Shown here: piece by piece, positions 1 to 10,800 of the stretch
How positions within the stretch are numbered: position 1 is the stretch's first letter
Layout of the letters: each line of letters starts with the position of its first letter
NCBI GenBank assembly: GCA_016214605.1
Contig: JACROD010000012.1
Location: 57 to 64,056, forward strand
Origin: Candidatus Kaiserbacteria bacterium
GTDB lineage: Bacteria > Patescibacteriota > Minisyncoccia > Phycocordibacterales > UBA2100
Direction: 5' to 3'
Length of the DNA: 64,000 nucleotides
The notes under the pieces: generated by a model
Seen by the model: the letters and a program-made list of their open reading frames with translations, nothing else
The model's database searches: none
What the model was told of the DNA's origin: nothing
Translations under genes and position numbers: made by a program

Positions 1-2
1 GC

Positions 3-2987
3 GTCGTCAATCTCGCGGCGACCGCAAGCAGCACGAGCAGCATCACCGGCGTGCAATTCAAGCTCGACGGTGTGAACCTCGGTCCAAAAGATACGATCCC
101 TCCCTATACCGCAACATGGAACTCCGCTTCTTCCACCGGTGCATGGCATGCCATCAATGCCACTGCAAGCGATGCTGCGGGCAATGTCGCATCGACGACC
201 ATGAATCTCAAAATCCAAAACACGCCGTACCTCAGTGCGGTACCTGCTCCCGGTGCCTACAAAAGATCGCCGCAAACTATCTATCTCTCCGCAAGTACCA
301 CGATTCGCTATCGTCGTGATGGCATCGTCCCTACCTGTGCGTCCGGCAACTTATATTCGGGTGGAATAAATATCGCCACCTCCACCATCATCCGCGCCAT
401 CGCCTGCAAGGGCACCAAGGCGGCGTCGCCGGTGATATCATTTGCATACGATATATTCATACCAAGTTATTCCTATGGCGGTAGGATCGTCGTGGTTGGT
501 CCGGCAGCCGCTACATCCACGGTCCTCAGTCCGGCTGTAGCTGATCTTCAAAAGTATCTCAAGCAAATGACCAGCTTTGATTATAATAATCTTGGTCAAT
601 ATCCGGGGATTTATAGTATACAGCTCATACTTGCCAGTTCTCCGCTTGCCCCCGCAGACGCCGTCGCACAGCTCAATGGCAAAGGATTCGAAGCTTTCGT
701 CATTCGCAGCGACGCTACTCAACTCAAGATTATCGCCAACAACGAACGCGGACTTGATCACGGCATTTATTACTACCTCGAACAACTTGGTGTGCGTTGG
801 CTATTGCCAAGTAACAAGTGGACGATCGTGCCGAAAAAGTACAACGTCACGCTCACGATCGATAAGCTCGTAGAGCCGGCGTACAGTCTCAATCGCTCCT
901 ATGCCGGCACCGGCGGCTTCTTCAGCTACGCCTTTGGTCGTCGACATGTCGGCTCAGGGATATTTGCCGCAGATACCGCCGACTGGCAACGTCGCCTGCG
1001 TTATAGTCGCGAGTATCACCTCGGTAAGGCGATGGGAGAAGCATTTATCACAACAAATGTGACCACCCTGCAAGCTCACCCTGAGTATCTGGCAAAGATC
1101 GACGGCAAATACTCACCGCTCTATCTCCCAAACGGCAATCTCAATGTCACTGCCAAGATCAATGCCGGCAATCCGGAGGCGGTCAACTATTATTGCGACT
1201 CGATCATGAAAGGGTATCGCGCTGCACGCAAGGTCTTGGGCGTGGCCGCGACCACCATGTCCGTCGAGCCTTCGGATGGTACGGGAGAGGGTAACAATGT
1301 ATCCGAGCTCGTGGCTGCCGGGGTAGGCGATGGCTCGTCGAGCGATCAGGAATTTTTCATCATTAATGCTTGCGCCCGCAAACTCAAGGCGGAATTTCCG
1401 GATGCAAACGCGATCACACTCGCGTATGCCGCCCATGCCGATCCGCCTACGTTCCCACTCGAGTCCAATGTCTTCGTCCAGCCGGCGTTTGCTTTTCGCA
1501 TAGGTCCCAAGACAGCGAATCTGGACGGTGATCAATGGGTTGCTTTGTGGAGTACCAAAGTGAGCACGATGGGCATCTACGACTACTGGTCCATTCCCGA
1601 TTGGACTCATGATGAGCCCTCATTCAATTATCTGACCGTTGGTAGCATGATACGTAACTTTTATGCTAAAAAGATCAAAGGCATTAATGCCGAATCCACC
1701 TACAGTATGGGCGCTATGGGTATCGGCCACTATGTCGCCTCGCACGTCATGTGGGACACGACGATCGATGATACAAAGCTCATCGACGAGTGGTACACGC
1801 TCGCGTTTGGCCCGGCCAAAGCGCCCATGAAGCGGATGATGGAACGCTGGGCGACGAGCTACCGCCCGATCTCGGCCGAACTTGGTACTTCGTATCAGGA
1901 TATCCAGCAGGCGGAAAATCTGGCGGCCAACAATCCTGCCGTGCAAGCCCGTATCGATGATTACGCGCGCTACCTCCATTACTTGCGCCTGCGCGTAGAA
2001 CTCGTCAATGCGCAGGCGGTAAGTACGACGACTGCCAGTCCAAAGGCAACGGAGCTCGCCACGCACCTATTCAATATCGACGAGTCGCATATGGTGCAAA
2101 CGATGCGCGAATTTGATCTTCTCGTATCCCGTGGACCTGGATATCCAGAACTCGTAAATCAGTTTCATCTGCACGATCCAAATGTCGCCAATGATCCCCC
2201 CGACGGCCCCGGCTGGGCCGCTGTCCATCCGCTCTCGCATGCCGACGTGATGAATCTCATCACCGACGGTGCGAGTAAATATCCTTTGCCAGATTTCACG
2301 ATCAAGAAATATACGGGCAATCTCGTGCCGCTCACGCCTATCACATGGACGGCACCGACCACGACTGATCCATGGGGTCCTTTCATGGGGAGCGCCGGAG
2401 CATTGGATATCGATCTGCAAATGCCGTCAGAGCTCGCCAATTTTCCCTTGCGTGTCTCGCGCACGCTGGATAATGCGGTGACCATCACCAATGATGCCGG
2501 ACAAACGGTCTACACACACAATGTCATAGGCATCGCATCCACCACTGCCATGGATGAAATAAGCGTCCCGCTTTCGCCGGGACACTACAAAGTGCACTTT
2601 TTCTCCTCAGGTGGAGTAAAGGATAGTCCCTTCCAATTCAAAACATGGAAAGGTGTCCCGATCACATTGACTCGTTTTCTGGCGCCGAAGTCTTACGGTC
2701 CCACACTCAAACTGTACTTCTATGTCCCCAAAGGTCAACAAAAAGTGGTGGTGTATAAAGCAATAGGTCAATACTTGAAATTATTCGATTCGCACGGCAA
2801 AACGGTATCGACCGAAAAACGCGACGCCAATCAAGTAGTTGTCGCTATTGTGCCCTCCGGCGAGGACGGCGCGGTGTGGTCGATGAATTACCTGATGGCG
2901 CCGGATTTTCCGTCTGAAATGCTTACGACGCCGCAGACGTTCTCACTCGAACCGCAAGTCCTCATGGTGCCAAGCGATGCGAAGTAA
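3..2987 (+). CDS. Large secreted protein, 5'-truncated: Ig-like domain, chitobiase/Fn3-associated domain, DUF4838-like putative glycoside hydrolase
   Basis: Frame open from the window edge. Big_7-type VQFKLDG..PYTATWN..DAAGN; TIRYRRDGIVPT module; EAFVIRS..RGLDHGIYYYLEQLGVRWLLP; GIYDYW/GINAES resemble DUF4838 proteins. Confidence 0.7.
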   Translation, partial: VVNLAATASSTSSITGVQFKLDGVNLGPKDTIPPYTATWNSASSTGAWHAINATASDAAGNVASTTMNLKIQNTPYLSAVPAPGAYKRSPQTIYLSASTTIRYRRDGIVPTCASGNLYSGGINIATSTIIRAIACKGTKAASPVISFAYDIFIPSYSYGGRIVVVGPAAATSTVLSPAVADLQKYLKQMTSFDYNNLGQYPGIYSIQLILASSPLAPADAVAQLNGKGFEAFVIRSDATQLKIIANNERGLDHGIYYYLEQLGVRWLLPSNKWTIVPKKYNVTLTIDKLVEPAYSLNRSYAGTGGFFSYAFGRRHVGSGIFAADTADWQRRLRYSREYHLGKAMGEAFITTNVTTLQAHPEYLAKIDGKYSPLYLPNGNLNVTAKINAGNPEAVNYYCDSIMKGYRAARKVLGVAATTMSVEPSDGTGEGNNVSELVAAGVGDGSSSDQEFFIINACARKLKAEFPDANAITLAYAAHADPPTFPLESNVFVQPAFAFRIGPKTANLDGDQWVALWSTKVSTMGIYDYWSIPDWTHDEPSFNYLTVGSMIRNFYAKKIKGINAESTYSMGAMGIGHYVASHVMWDTTIDDTKLIDEWYTLAFGPAKAPMKRMMERWATSYRPISAELGTSYQDIQQAENLAANNPAVQARIDDYARYLHYLRLRVELVNAQAVSTTTASPKATELATHLFNIDESHMVQTMREFDLLVSRGPGYPELVNQFHLHDPNVANDPPDGPGWAAVHPLSHADVMNLITDGASKYPLPDFTIKKYTGNLVPLTPITWTAPTTTDPWGPFMGSAGALDIDLQMPSELANFPLRVSRTLDNAVTITNDAGQTVYTHNVIGIASTTAMDEISVPLSPGHYKVHFFSSGGVKDSPFQFKTWKGVPITLTRFLAPKSYGPTLKLYFYVPKGQQKVVVYKAIGQYLKLFDSHGKTVSTEKRDANQVVVAIVPSGEDGAVWSMNYLMAPDFPSEMLTTPQTFSLEPQVLMVPSDAK

Positions 2988-3004
2988 TCTTGTATAATAA
3001 ACGT

Positions 3005-5935
3005 ATGATAAAGAAACTCCTCCCCGCCCTCCTTTCCGTCCTGTTCATCTTCCCGTTCTCCGCATCCGCTCTCACACAGCAAGAACGCACCACCCTCATC
3101 TTCCAGCTCGTCGCCAAAGTCCTCGAGCTCCAAAAGCAGATCGTCGCCCTCGGCGGCACGCCGATCGCAATCCCGCCAGGTCTTGCGGCACTGGCACAGC
3201 AGGGACAAAATCCCACAACACCATCGACGACTCCCAACCCTCTTGCTATTTCGTTTACCGCACCAGCCACGAGCACGGTGAGTGGTACGGTCACACTTAC
3301 GGCGGTAGCTTCAAGCACGAACGCTATCCTCGGCGTCCAATTCAAACTTGACGGTGCAAATCTCAACGCCGAAGACACAACATCACCATATTCAATATCA
3401 TGGAACACCGCATCAACGACCAATGGCGCGCACACGCTTGCCGCTGTAGCACGCGATGCGGCGGGGAACAGAGCGACGAGTACGCGCGCCGTGACGATCT
3501 CAAACGCTGCCGTCGACATGATCCCGCCAGCCGTCCCCTCGTCTCTCTCGGCGACCGTCATCTCGCAAACCCAAATCAATCTCTCATGGTCTTCTTCCGC
3601 CGATACTGGCGGTTCGGGGCTTGCAGGGTACAAGGTGTATCGCAATACTGTTCAGATCGGCACCACGACCAACACATCGTTCCAAAACACCGACCTTACG
3701 GCTTCCACTACCTATACGTATGCCGTCGCCGCATACGACAATGCAGGCAATATATCAGCCAAGTCGGCCGGCGTCTCAAAAACGACACTGTCGGTCGCTA
3801 CTTCGTTGACATCCGCTCAACAGCTTGCCGCCAAGCTACACCAGGATACGCTACCGGTATTCAAAGCGGATCACACTCTGCCGCCTCTCACACGATGGGG
3901 GTGGCAGCTCAATTACGACCTTCAAAAAGAACTCGCCGAGGAGTGGGGGTATGCACTTGACTTCGGCATGGCGACAACCTCGAGCATAAACGCGCTCCAA
4001 TCCCCGGCGAGTCTGCAATCGAGGCTGGTCGCTCTCACAAAATCCGATCCGAAACGGTATCCGATGTCGGCGCTTGTGTGGCGTGGCTATCCGGCATTGG
4101 ACCCTGCAATAGGCTATATTCACGATAGTGCAGGAAATCTCATCAAGGAGCCAATCAAAGGTGCGAATATTTTTAGTCCGCTCGCTCCCGATTCGTACTT
4201 CAAACAGGCAGGACAGATGCGGGCCAATTCGCTCAAGGGATTGGTGGCAAAAGTGCCCGTCTCCATCGTCCTCAACGGGGGTGAGGACAGCCCAAGCTTG
4301 GCGAATCCGGGTCTTTATAATGCTCAATATGAGCAGGATCCGGCCGTCGTGGCGGCTCGTGCTATCGCACCGTGGACATACCGCGATTACGGTCCTGTGC
4401 CGTGGGCCTACTACATCTCCGAACGGAAAGCCCATCAAGAGAACATTATTTCCGATTCCATCCGCGCGGCCGTGCCCAACAGAATACTCTATGTCTACTA
4501 TCCGACAGGCGGACCGTTGTACTCGCTTTGGAATGCCGATCGCGCATCACAAGAGCTTGTCGATTCTTACTGGGGATATCCATGGATGCGTGCCGTGTCC
4601 GATATGCCGTCAAATCAATATTACACAGCTATATTCAATAAAGGGTACACTGTGGATCCGAACGACCTGCTCTCGCAGATGCTTAAGTCCAAGGGATTGG
4701 AATTCGCGTACGGCGATTATCTGTCGTACAATTGGGTTGCTAACTACGGTTTTGACTCGGCGGTTCTACCCAACGATCGTTACATCGGTTTCCTCAAGAT
4801 GGCTTATGGTGCCGGCATGATGGGCGGCATCGCGGGCTACTTCTCGTATCCCGCGGATGCCTTCGGTACGAAGTGGCAGGGGGGCGCATATCCGGATTGG
4901 CTCGTGCAAATGATGGCACTCTCCCAAGTGCATGCGGCATTCAGCTGGCTAGAGCCATTGGTGCACGTCAGTGATCTTCTGCCCGGCCCCGCCATACAAC
5001 CGACGACGTTCGCGTTTCCGGCGTACGAATTCCCGACGGGTGATGCCGGTGCGCGAGTCGTCGCGCGCAGGCACCGCGGCGCGAACATCTGGCTCGTCGT
5101 CGCGTGGGCGCAGAGCGGCGATGCGCGCACGGTGAGTATCGCGATACCCGATCTTGGTACGGTATCTGTCGTGGCGCGGCCGGCTGGCAGCATCTATCTT
5201 GCGAAGCCGGGAAGCGGTTCTACGGCGATTACATTGCTTGACTCCGATGCGATGCACCCATCCATCGGAATGCAAACGGCCATCACAAACGCGGGGGGAC
5301 TTGGGAGTTCGATATCGAATAGTCCTATCGGATCAGACACTAAACCGCCGTCGGTGCGCATCACGTCGCCCAAACCGGCATCATGGCCGTGTTGGAGGGG
5401 ATCCGAAAATGCTATCGTCGCGGCGGCGGACGACAACGTCGGCGTGACGAGCGTGCAGTTCCAGCTTGACGGGGCTAATTATGGATCGCCGATCGCCAAA
5501 GCACCGTATCTTATGAGTTTGAACACGACTCTGCTACAAGATGCGCCGGGACCGGACGGGAAAGGTGTGAAGTATGCCATCACGGCAATTGCGCGGGATG
5601 CCGCCGGTAATACAAGCACGTCGGCGCCAATCACTCATTGTGTCTATAATTATCCGATCATGTCTATATTGACGCCTGCCGCGAGCTCCACTGTTTCAGG
5701 GATAGTCACACTAACTGCATCTTCAACCGGGATTACTCCGCCGGCGGTCAGAGCACAATACTACATCGATGGCAGTACGTCGCTTGGGACGGCAACGTCT
5801 TCTGCTCTATCCTATAAACTAAAATGGGACACAACCACCACTACCAATGGTCTGCATGTGGTCAAGGTTGTCGGTTCTGATTGGAGAGGGTATATAGGCA
5901 CCTCGCCCACTATCACTGTTATGGTCAAAAATTAA
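3005..5935 (+). CDS. Secreted Ig-like/Fn3 multidomain surface protein with uncharacterised central domain
   Basis: Signal peptide MIKKLLPALL..ASA; CPR-type QLVAKVLELQKQI coil; three Big-like domains and one Fn3 (INLSWSSSAD..GYKVYRN..YAVAAYDNAGN). TATAAT at 2993-2998 supports ATG 3005. Confidence 0.75.
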   Translation: MIKKLLPALLSVLFIFPFSASALTQQERTTLIFQLVAKVLELQKQIVALGGTPIAIPPGLAALAQQGQNPTTPSTTPNPLAISFTAPATSTVSGTVTLTAVASSTNAILGVQFKLDGANLNAEDTTSPYSISWNTASTTNGAHTLAAVARDAAGNRATSTRAVTISNAAVDMIPPAVPSSLSATVISQTQINLSWSSSADTGGSGLAGYKVYRNTVQIGTTTNTSFQNTDLTASTTYTYAVAAYDNAGNISAKSAGVSKTTLSVATSLTSAQQLAAKLHQDTLPVFKADHTLPPLTRWGWQLNYDLQKELAEEWGYALDFGMATTSSINALQSPASLQSRLVALTKSDPKRYPMSALVWRGYPALDPAIGYIHDSAGNLIKEPIKGANIFSPLAPDSYFKQAGQMRANSLKGLVAKVPVSIVLNGGEDSPSLANPGLYNAQYEQDPAVVAARAIAPWTYRDYGPVPWAYYISERKAHQENIISDSIRAAVPNRILYVYYPTGGPLYSLWNADRASQELVDSYWGYPWMRAVSDMPSNQYYTAIFNKGYTVDPNDLLSQMLKSKGLEFAYGDYLSYNWVANYGFDSAVLPNDRYIGFLKMAYGAGMMGGIAGYFSYPADAFGTKWQGGAYPDWLVQMMALSQVHAAFSWLEPLVHVSDLLPGPAIQPTTFAFPAYEFPTGDAGARVVARRHRGANIWLVVAWAQSGDARTVSIAIPDLGTVSVVARPAGSIYLAKPGSGSTAITLLDSDAMHPSIGMQTAITNAGGLGSSISNSPIGSDTKPPSVRITSPKPASWPCWRGSENAIVAAADDNVGVTSVQFQLDGANYGSPIAKAPYLMSLNTTLLQDAPGPDGKGVKYAITAIARDAAGNTSTSAPITHCVYNYPIMSILTPAASSTVSGIVTLTASSTGITPPAVRAQYYIDGSTSLGTATSSALSYKLKWDTTTTTNGLHVVKVVGSDWRGYIGTSPTITVMVKN

Positions 5936-6220
5936 TCGGATCATCGCTGTTCACGGAGGTAGAATCTGAGCTGGTCTCATTGAGACGGTTGACTTTGAAT
6001 TAACGTGACGATGTCCCCAAGCGCCACAAAGTCGTGTTGCATATGGCAAGCGCTATCTGGACCTGCTGGTCCAGCGCTCGGTCTTGCCGCCGTCGCACCA
6101 CAAGGGCATTTCCATTTTCCTAAGAGGATTACCTCTAAGGAAAATTGGTCCAGCTGCGAAGACGGCAAAAAAGACGACAAAAAACATTCCCCCGCGTTTT
6201 GTCCGTGCTATACTTTTCTC

Positions 6221-7081
6221 ATGCAAACTCTCAAAGAAGCCATAGAAGCCGCGCATGATAGTCGGATCGCGATCGGCCACTTTAATGTATCGGATTCCAA
6301 CCAATTCAACGCCGTGGTCGCGGCGGCGGGAAGCCTCAATCTCCCCGTCATCATCGGCGTCTCCGAAGGAGAGCGTACATTCTTTGGTGTGCACAATATC
6401 GCGGTTTTGGTCGCCGCGGCTCGCGCCGATGGCAAACAGGTATACCTCAATGCCGACCACACCTATTCTATAGATGGTATCAAGGAAGCCGTCGACGCCG
6501 GATTCGACGCGGTCATTTTCGACGGCAGCCATCTCTCATTTGAAGACAATATCAAACAGACCCGCGAGGTCGTCGAGTATGCGCGCACAAAAGGCAAGGG
6601 CACTTTGGTGGAAGCCGAGGTCGGCCGCATTGGCACCTCGAGCAAGCTTCTCGATGTCCCGCCCGAAGACATGGACAAAGACCTGACGACCGCCGAAGAG
6701 GCTTCACAATTTGTCCGCGAGACTTCGGTAGATATGCTCGCTCCGGCGGTCGGCACCATGCATGGCAGGCTCAAAGGCGGTGGCGAGCCCAAGATCGACA
6801 TCGCCCGCATCGAGGTATTGCGCGAGGCCGCCGGCGTCCCGCTCGTGCTCCATGGGGGATCGGGGTCGTCAGATGCCGACATTATAGCAGCGGCCAAGGC
6901 GGGTTGCTCGATCATTCATATCAATACTGATATTCGTGTCGCATACCGCAAGGGGATAGAGGCAGCTCTGGCGGCAAATGCCGATGAAATAGCCCCCTAC
7001 AAATTCCTCGCAGAGGGGACAAAGGCTGTCCAAGACATGACTACCAAATACCTCCGTCTTTTTGCGGGAATACAAGAATAG
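6221..7081 (+). CDS. fba: Class II fructose-bisphosphate aldolase
   Basis: AIGHFN, NADH, FDGS, VEAEVG, APAVGTMHG, PLVLHGGSG, HINT motifs; start placed at MQTLKEA after TATACT. Confidence 0.92.
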   Translation: MQTLKEAIEAAHDSRIAIGHFNVSDSNQFNAVVAAAGSLNLPVIIGVSEGERTFFGVHNIAVLVAAARADGKQVYLNADHTYSIDGIKEAVDAGFDAVIFDGSHLSFEDNIKQTREVVEYARTKGKGTLVEAEVGRIGTSSKLLDVPPEDMDKDLTTAEEASQFVRETSVDMLAPAVGTMHGRLKGGGEPKIDIARIEVLREAAGVPLVLHGGSGSSDADIIAAAKAGCSIIHINTDIRVAYRKGIEAALAANADEIAPYKFLAEGTKAVQDMTTKYLRLFAGIQE

Positions 7082-7125
7082 AGCAGATTGTTGCATTTTT
7101 GCTCAAATCCCGTATACTTTCGCCC

Positions 7126-7752
7126 ATGTTAGCACTTGAAGTACAGGTACGTGATCCGAAGGAAACTCCGGACGAATTGCGCGCGCGAGGTATCGTGCCA
7201 GCTGTTATGTATGGCCACAATGAGCCCGCCCAGTCTATCTCGCTCAATGCCGGGGTCCTGGAGGGGGTCTGGCGCGATGCAGGCGAGACGACCGTGATCA
7301 CGCTTAAGGGCCTCAAGGACGATAAGGAGACCCTGATCCACGATGCCCAGGTGCATCCCGTTACAGGTAAGCTTATGCATGTGGATTTCTTGGTTCTCGA
7401 AAAGGGCAAGAAGATCGAGATCTCCGTCCCGCTCGAGTTCGTCGGTGAGGCTCCGGCTGAGAAGGCGGGCCACTCCCTCAACAAAGCCCTCCACGAGATC
7501 GAGATCGAGGTCGCTCCGGCTGAGCTCCCGCACAGCCTTGAGGTAGACATCTCATCTCTCACCGAGATCGGTGATCACCTCACTGCCGCACAGATCAAGC
7601 TCCCACCGAGCGCCACCCTCATCACCGACCCCGAAGAATTCGTCGTATCGGTCACCGGCCACGAAGAAGAGCCTGCTGAAGAGGCCAAGACCGAAGAGGC
7701 CGCACCGGCAGAAGACGAGGCCCCGGCCGCTGAGGCCGCGACTGCCGAATAA
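7126..7752 (+). CDS. rplY: 50S ribosomal protein L25/Ctc
   Basis: LRARGIVPAVMYG, QVHPVTGKLMHVDF, VPLEFVGEAPA, acidic tail. Confidence 0.95.
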   Translation: MLALEVQVRDPKETPDELRARGIVPAVMYGHNEPAQSISLNAGVLEGVWRDAGETTVITLKGLKDDKETLIHDAQVHPVTGKLMHVDFLVLEKGKKIEISVPLEFVGEAPAEKAGHSLNKALHEIEIEVAPAELPHSLEVDISSLTEIGDHLTAAQIKLPPSATLITDPEEFVVSVTGHEEEPAEEAKTEEAAPAEDEAPAAEAATAE

Positions 7753-7769
7753 TCATTGCGTAGTTAAAG

Positions 7770-7808
7770 AAGAGAACGCGTAGTCGAGAGGCTGCGCGTT
7801 CTCTTTTT
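7770..7808 (+). terminator. Rho-independent terminator after rplY
   Basis: AAGAGAACGCGTAGTC-GAGA-GGCTGCGCGTTCTCTT followed by Ts. Confidence 0.8.
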
Positions 7809-7815
7809 ATCCACA
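7807..7815 (+). promoter_or_regulatory. Perfect DnaA box
   Basis: TTATCCACA, intergenic; an imperfect ATATCCACC lies about 25 nt downstream. Confidence 0.45.
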
Positions 7816-7889
7816 TGCGATCAAGGAGTCATATCCACCAGCAAATATCATATATAATGAAGAGACATTACTGTAATTATATTTGTCAC

Positions 7890-10800
7890 ATGCCTATGCC
7901 ACGCCTAAGGTATCCTGCCGCCCTTTTATTTGGTGTCGCATTTGTATACCTCCCGCAGCTTGCTCTCGCTGCGACACTCAGTCCCGGTGCCGACTGTGTC
8001 ACAGGCCAGACCGCACCAAAATCAGAATATTCTATCAATGTTCCTTCACTTCCGTTGGGTGGGTATGCCGCCAATTCGCTCTCAACAGATTTCACCAATG
8101 CCGCCGGATCAGTCGGTGCCAATACGTATTGGACGGCCTCATCGACCAAGTATCTCGTTCCGACTAATCAGGCACAATTCGTGCTCGCTTCCAAATATTG
8201 CTCACGCGATGAGGAGGTCGAGACGTGGATCCGCGCTGGTCGCGTGTACCTGCGCCTTACGCCTGACGGAAGAGGTGTATTTTTTGATATCAATCCAAAC
8301 ACGACCAACGGAACGCTTATCGTCGGAATCGCGACAAGCACGACCGAAACGCAGTACTATCCCGGCTACAGTCGGTACCTCTACTCCAACGACAACATGG
8401 TTGGAACGATCCCCGGATATTCAAAGACAGCGACCGATGCGCAGCGATTTATCTTCGGTGTCGAAGGATTCGACATGTATGCGAAGTTCAACGGCGTCGA
8501 GTTTATGCGCATCAAAGATTTTCATCACATGGCACCGGGTCGCATGGCTATCAAGACGCCGGCGGGATATGGCGTCCGCTCCACGACGGTCCGTAACTTC
8601 TCCAATAAAACGTTCCTAAGCGATCTGGTAGCCGGCATCTACGATCCGCGCGACTTCGGCTTCCGCTCCATCCAAACGACCGGTTCCATCAGTGCCGGCA
8701 GCAACACACTCACGCTCGCGGGCCCGACATCCTTTACCGTCGGCGACTTTGTGATCGTGGAGATCGGCAAAGAGCCGGGCGCCGGCATGCGCGGTACCAA
8801 GGGAGTCGGCGGCACGTGGCCTGCGAAATCCTACCCGGACCTCACCACGATGCAGGCGGATACGTCGCAGATCGATGGATTGTATGCCTGGCGCGAAGAT
8901 ACCGGAGATGTATATAAATTCGCCACAGCCACATCTTCGTGGGGAAGTGCTTACTCATGGTACACGGCCGGGACGCCCGCATGGGGGCTTGATCGGGCCG
9001 CCAAAAATTATTATTCCGCCAAGGCAATCCCACGTGCACTACAGGCGCGTGTCACGGCTGTAGCCAACAACGGCGCCACACTTACCCTCGACAAATCCGC
9101 TACTGTCTCCGTCTCGGGTGCGAATGTCTACCTTGATGTCGCTCCGATACTCAATTTTCTCGTCGGTACGGACAACTGGTACAAGTTTGGCGGCGTCCCG
9201 GGAGACCTGACCGCACTTGTTCCTCTCAATATGCGAACAGTCCTCCCCGCTGGCTCGTATGCGGTCGGCGGTGCCATCATCACCGGCGGGCAGCGATCGA
9301 ATAATGTCCTATACGGACAAGGATCAAGTACTACGATGCTCTTTAGCCCCAAAGGCGTGCCCTCGGCTTCGATTTGGCTCAACGGCTCAAACAACATGGT
9401 GCGCGATCTACGTCTCGTCGGCAATACGGGCTTGAACGGATTCGGTATCGCCTGGCCCACCACGATCATTCCGTGGGGATATGGTCCATCGGGGCTTGAA
9501 GTGTCATATACAAGCCCTGGTGTCGTCACCGAAACAGTGATTCCGCAAGGGATGGGCTGGCCCTTCGGCATCTTGATGTACGGGAGTAATCTCATTGTGC
9601 AGGACGTCAAGGTAGACAATGTATGGCAGGACGCGGTTGGTGCCAGCTATTGCTATGGTTGCTGGGCGCATCGCGTTGAAAACACGCAGACCGATCCTTT
9701 GCAGAACTATATTCAGTGGCAATTCTTGTGGAGTGATGCGGTTGGTGGCGGGTGCGTCGATTGCATCGTGAAAAGCGACTGGCTTATTGCGGGGTTCTCA
9801 ATCGTCAAAGGCAACGGCGTGCAGTTCATCCGCCCCAAGGGCATCAATGCCACCTTCGAGGTGAATTCATCCGGCAATTTCCTCTATCAGGATCCCGAGA
9901 CGGTGATCCAGCCGATGCGTCAGTCTCCTTCGTTCTCGTCGAACGGGTACATCATGAATATCAATACCAACATGGACAATGCGCTTCCGGTCGAGCAGCG
10001 CGACAAACGCAACGCTGCGGGTGGCAAGATCATCAACCCACACTTCATCGTAGAGGGTCCGATCAATACCAACAATAATGGCCTCAATGCGATCGCTATA
10101 GGGAACTGGGCTCCCAATGTCACTGTCCAGGGCGGCTATATCGAAGGGCCGAATTGGAAGTCGCCGAGCACCATCAATACGCCGGTGGGGGTGATCTCGC
10201 AAGGTACGAGCACTATTGTCGACGGATTGCGCGTAGTAGGTACCGTCAATCCGGCCCTCTTCCCCAAAGGGAACATTATGCTCTTTAAAGATGGGGTTGC
10301 CCGGAATTGCATAGCGGACCTGATCATTCTCTTCGACAAAACAACAAAGAAAGAAAACTGCATGACAAATGCGGAGTACCTGGCGAGTAAAGCGCCCAAG
10401 ATCACCATCACCATACCATCCAATAGCAACGTATCGGGTGCCATTACTGTAGCGGCGTCAACGACCGGCGCCAATCTGCAAGGAGTGCAGTTTTGGCTCG
10501 ATGGTGCGAATCTTGGCTCCGAAGATACCATGGCGCCATACAGCGCCGGGTGGAATACCGCAAGTTCGACCAATGGTATCCATACGCTTACGGCAATCGC
10601 GCGCAATGCACTGGGACAGCAAGCGAGCAGCACCGTAAGCGTACATGTTGCCAATGCCTCTCCGGTAGCGGGCGTTGTGTGCGGGAGCACAACGATCGCG
10701 CCAGTCGCAGAATACGGCGTGCCCGTCTCGCTACTGCCGCTGGGCAGCTATGCGACCAGTTCGCTTTCGGCGTATTTTGAAAATCCTGCCGGAATCATCT

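Noticed and set aside
6005-6220. N-terminal extensions of fba, and likewise corA, recR and dnaB, in the ORF track
   Set aside because: Family homology and upstream signals (-10 or SD position) indicate later starts.
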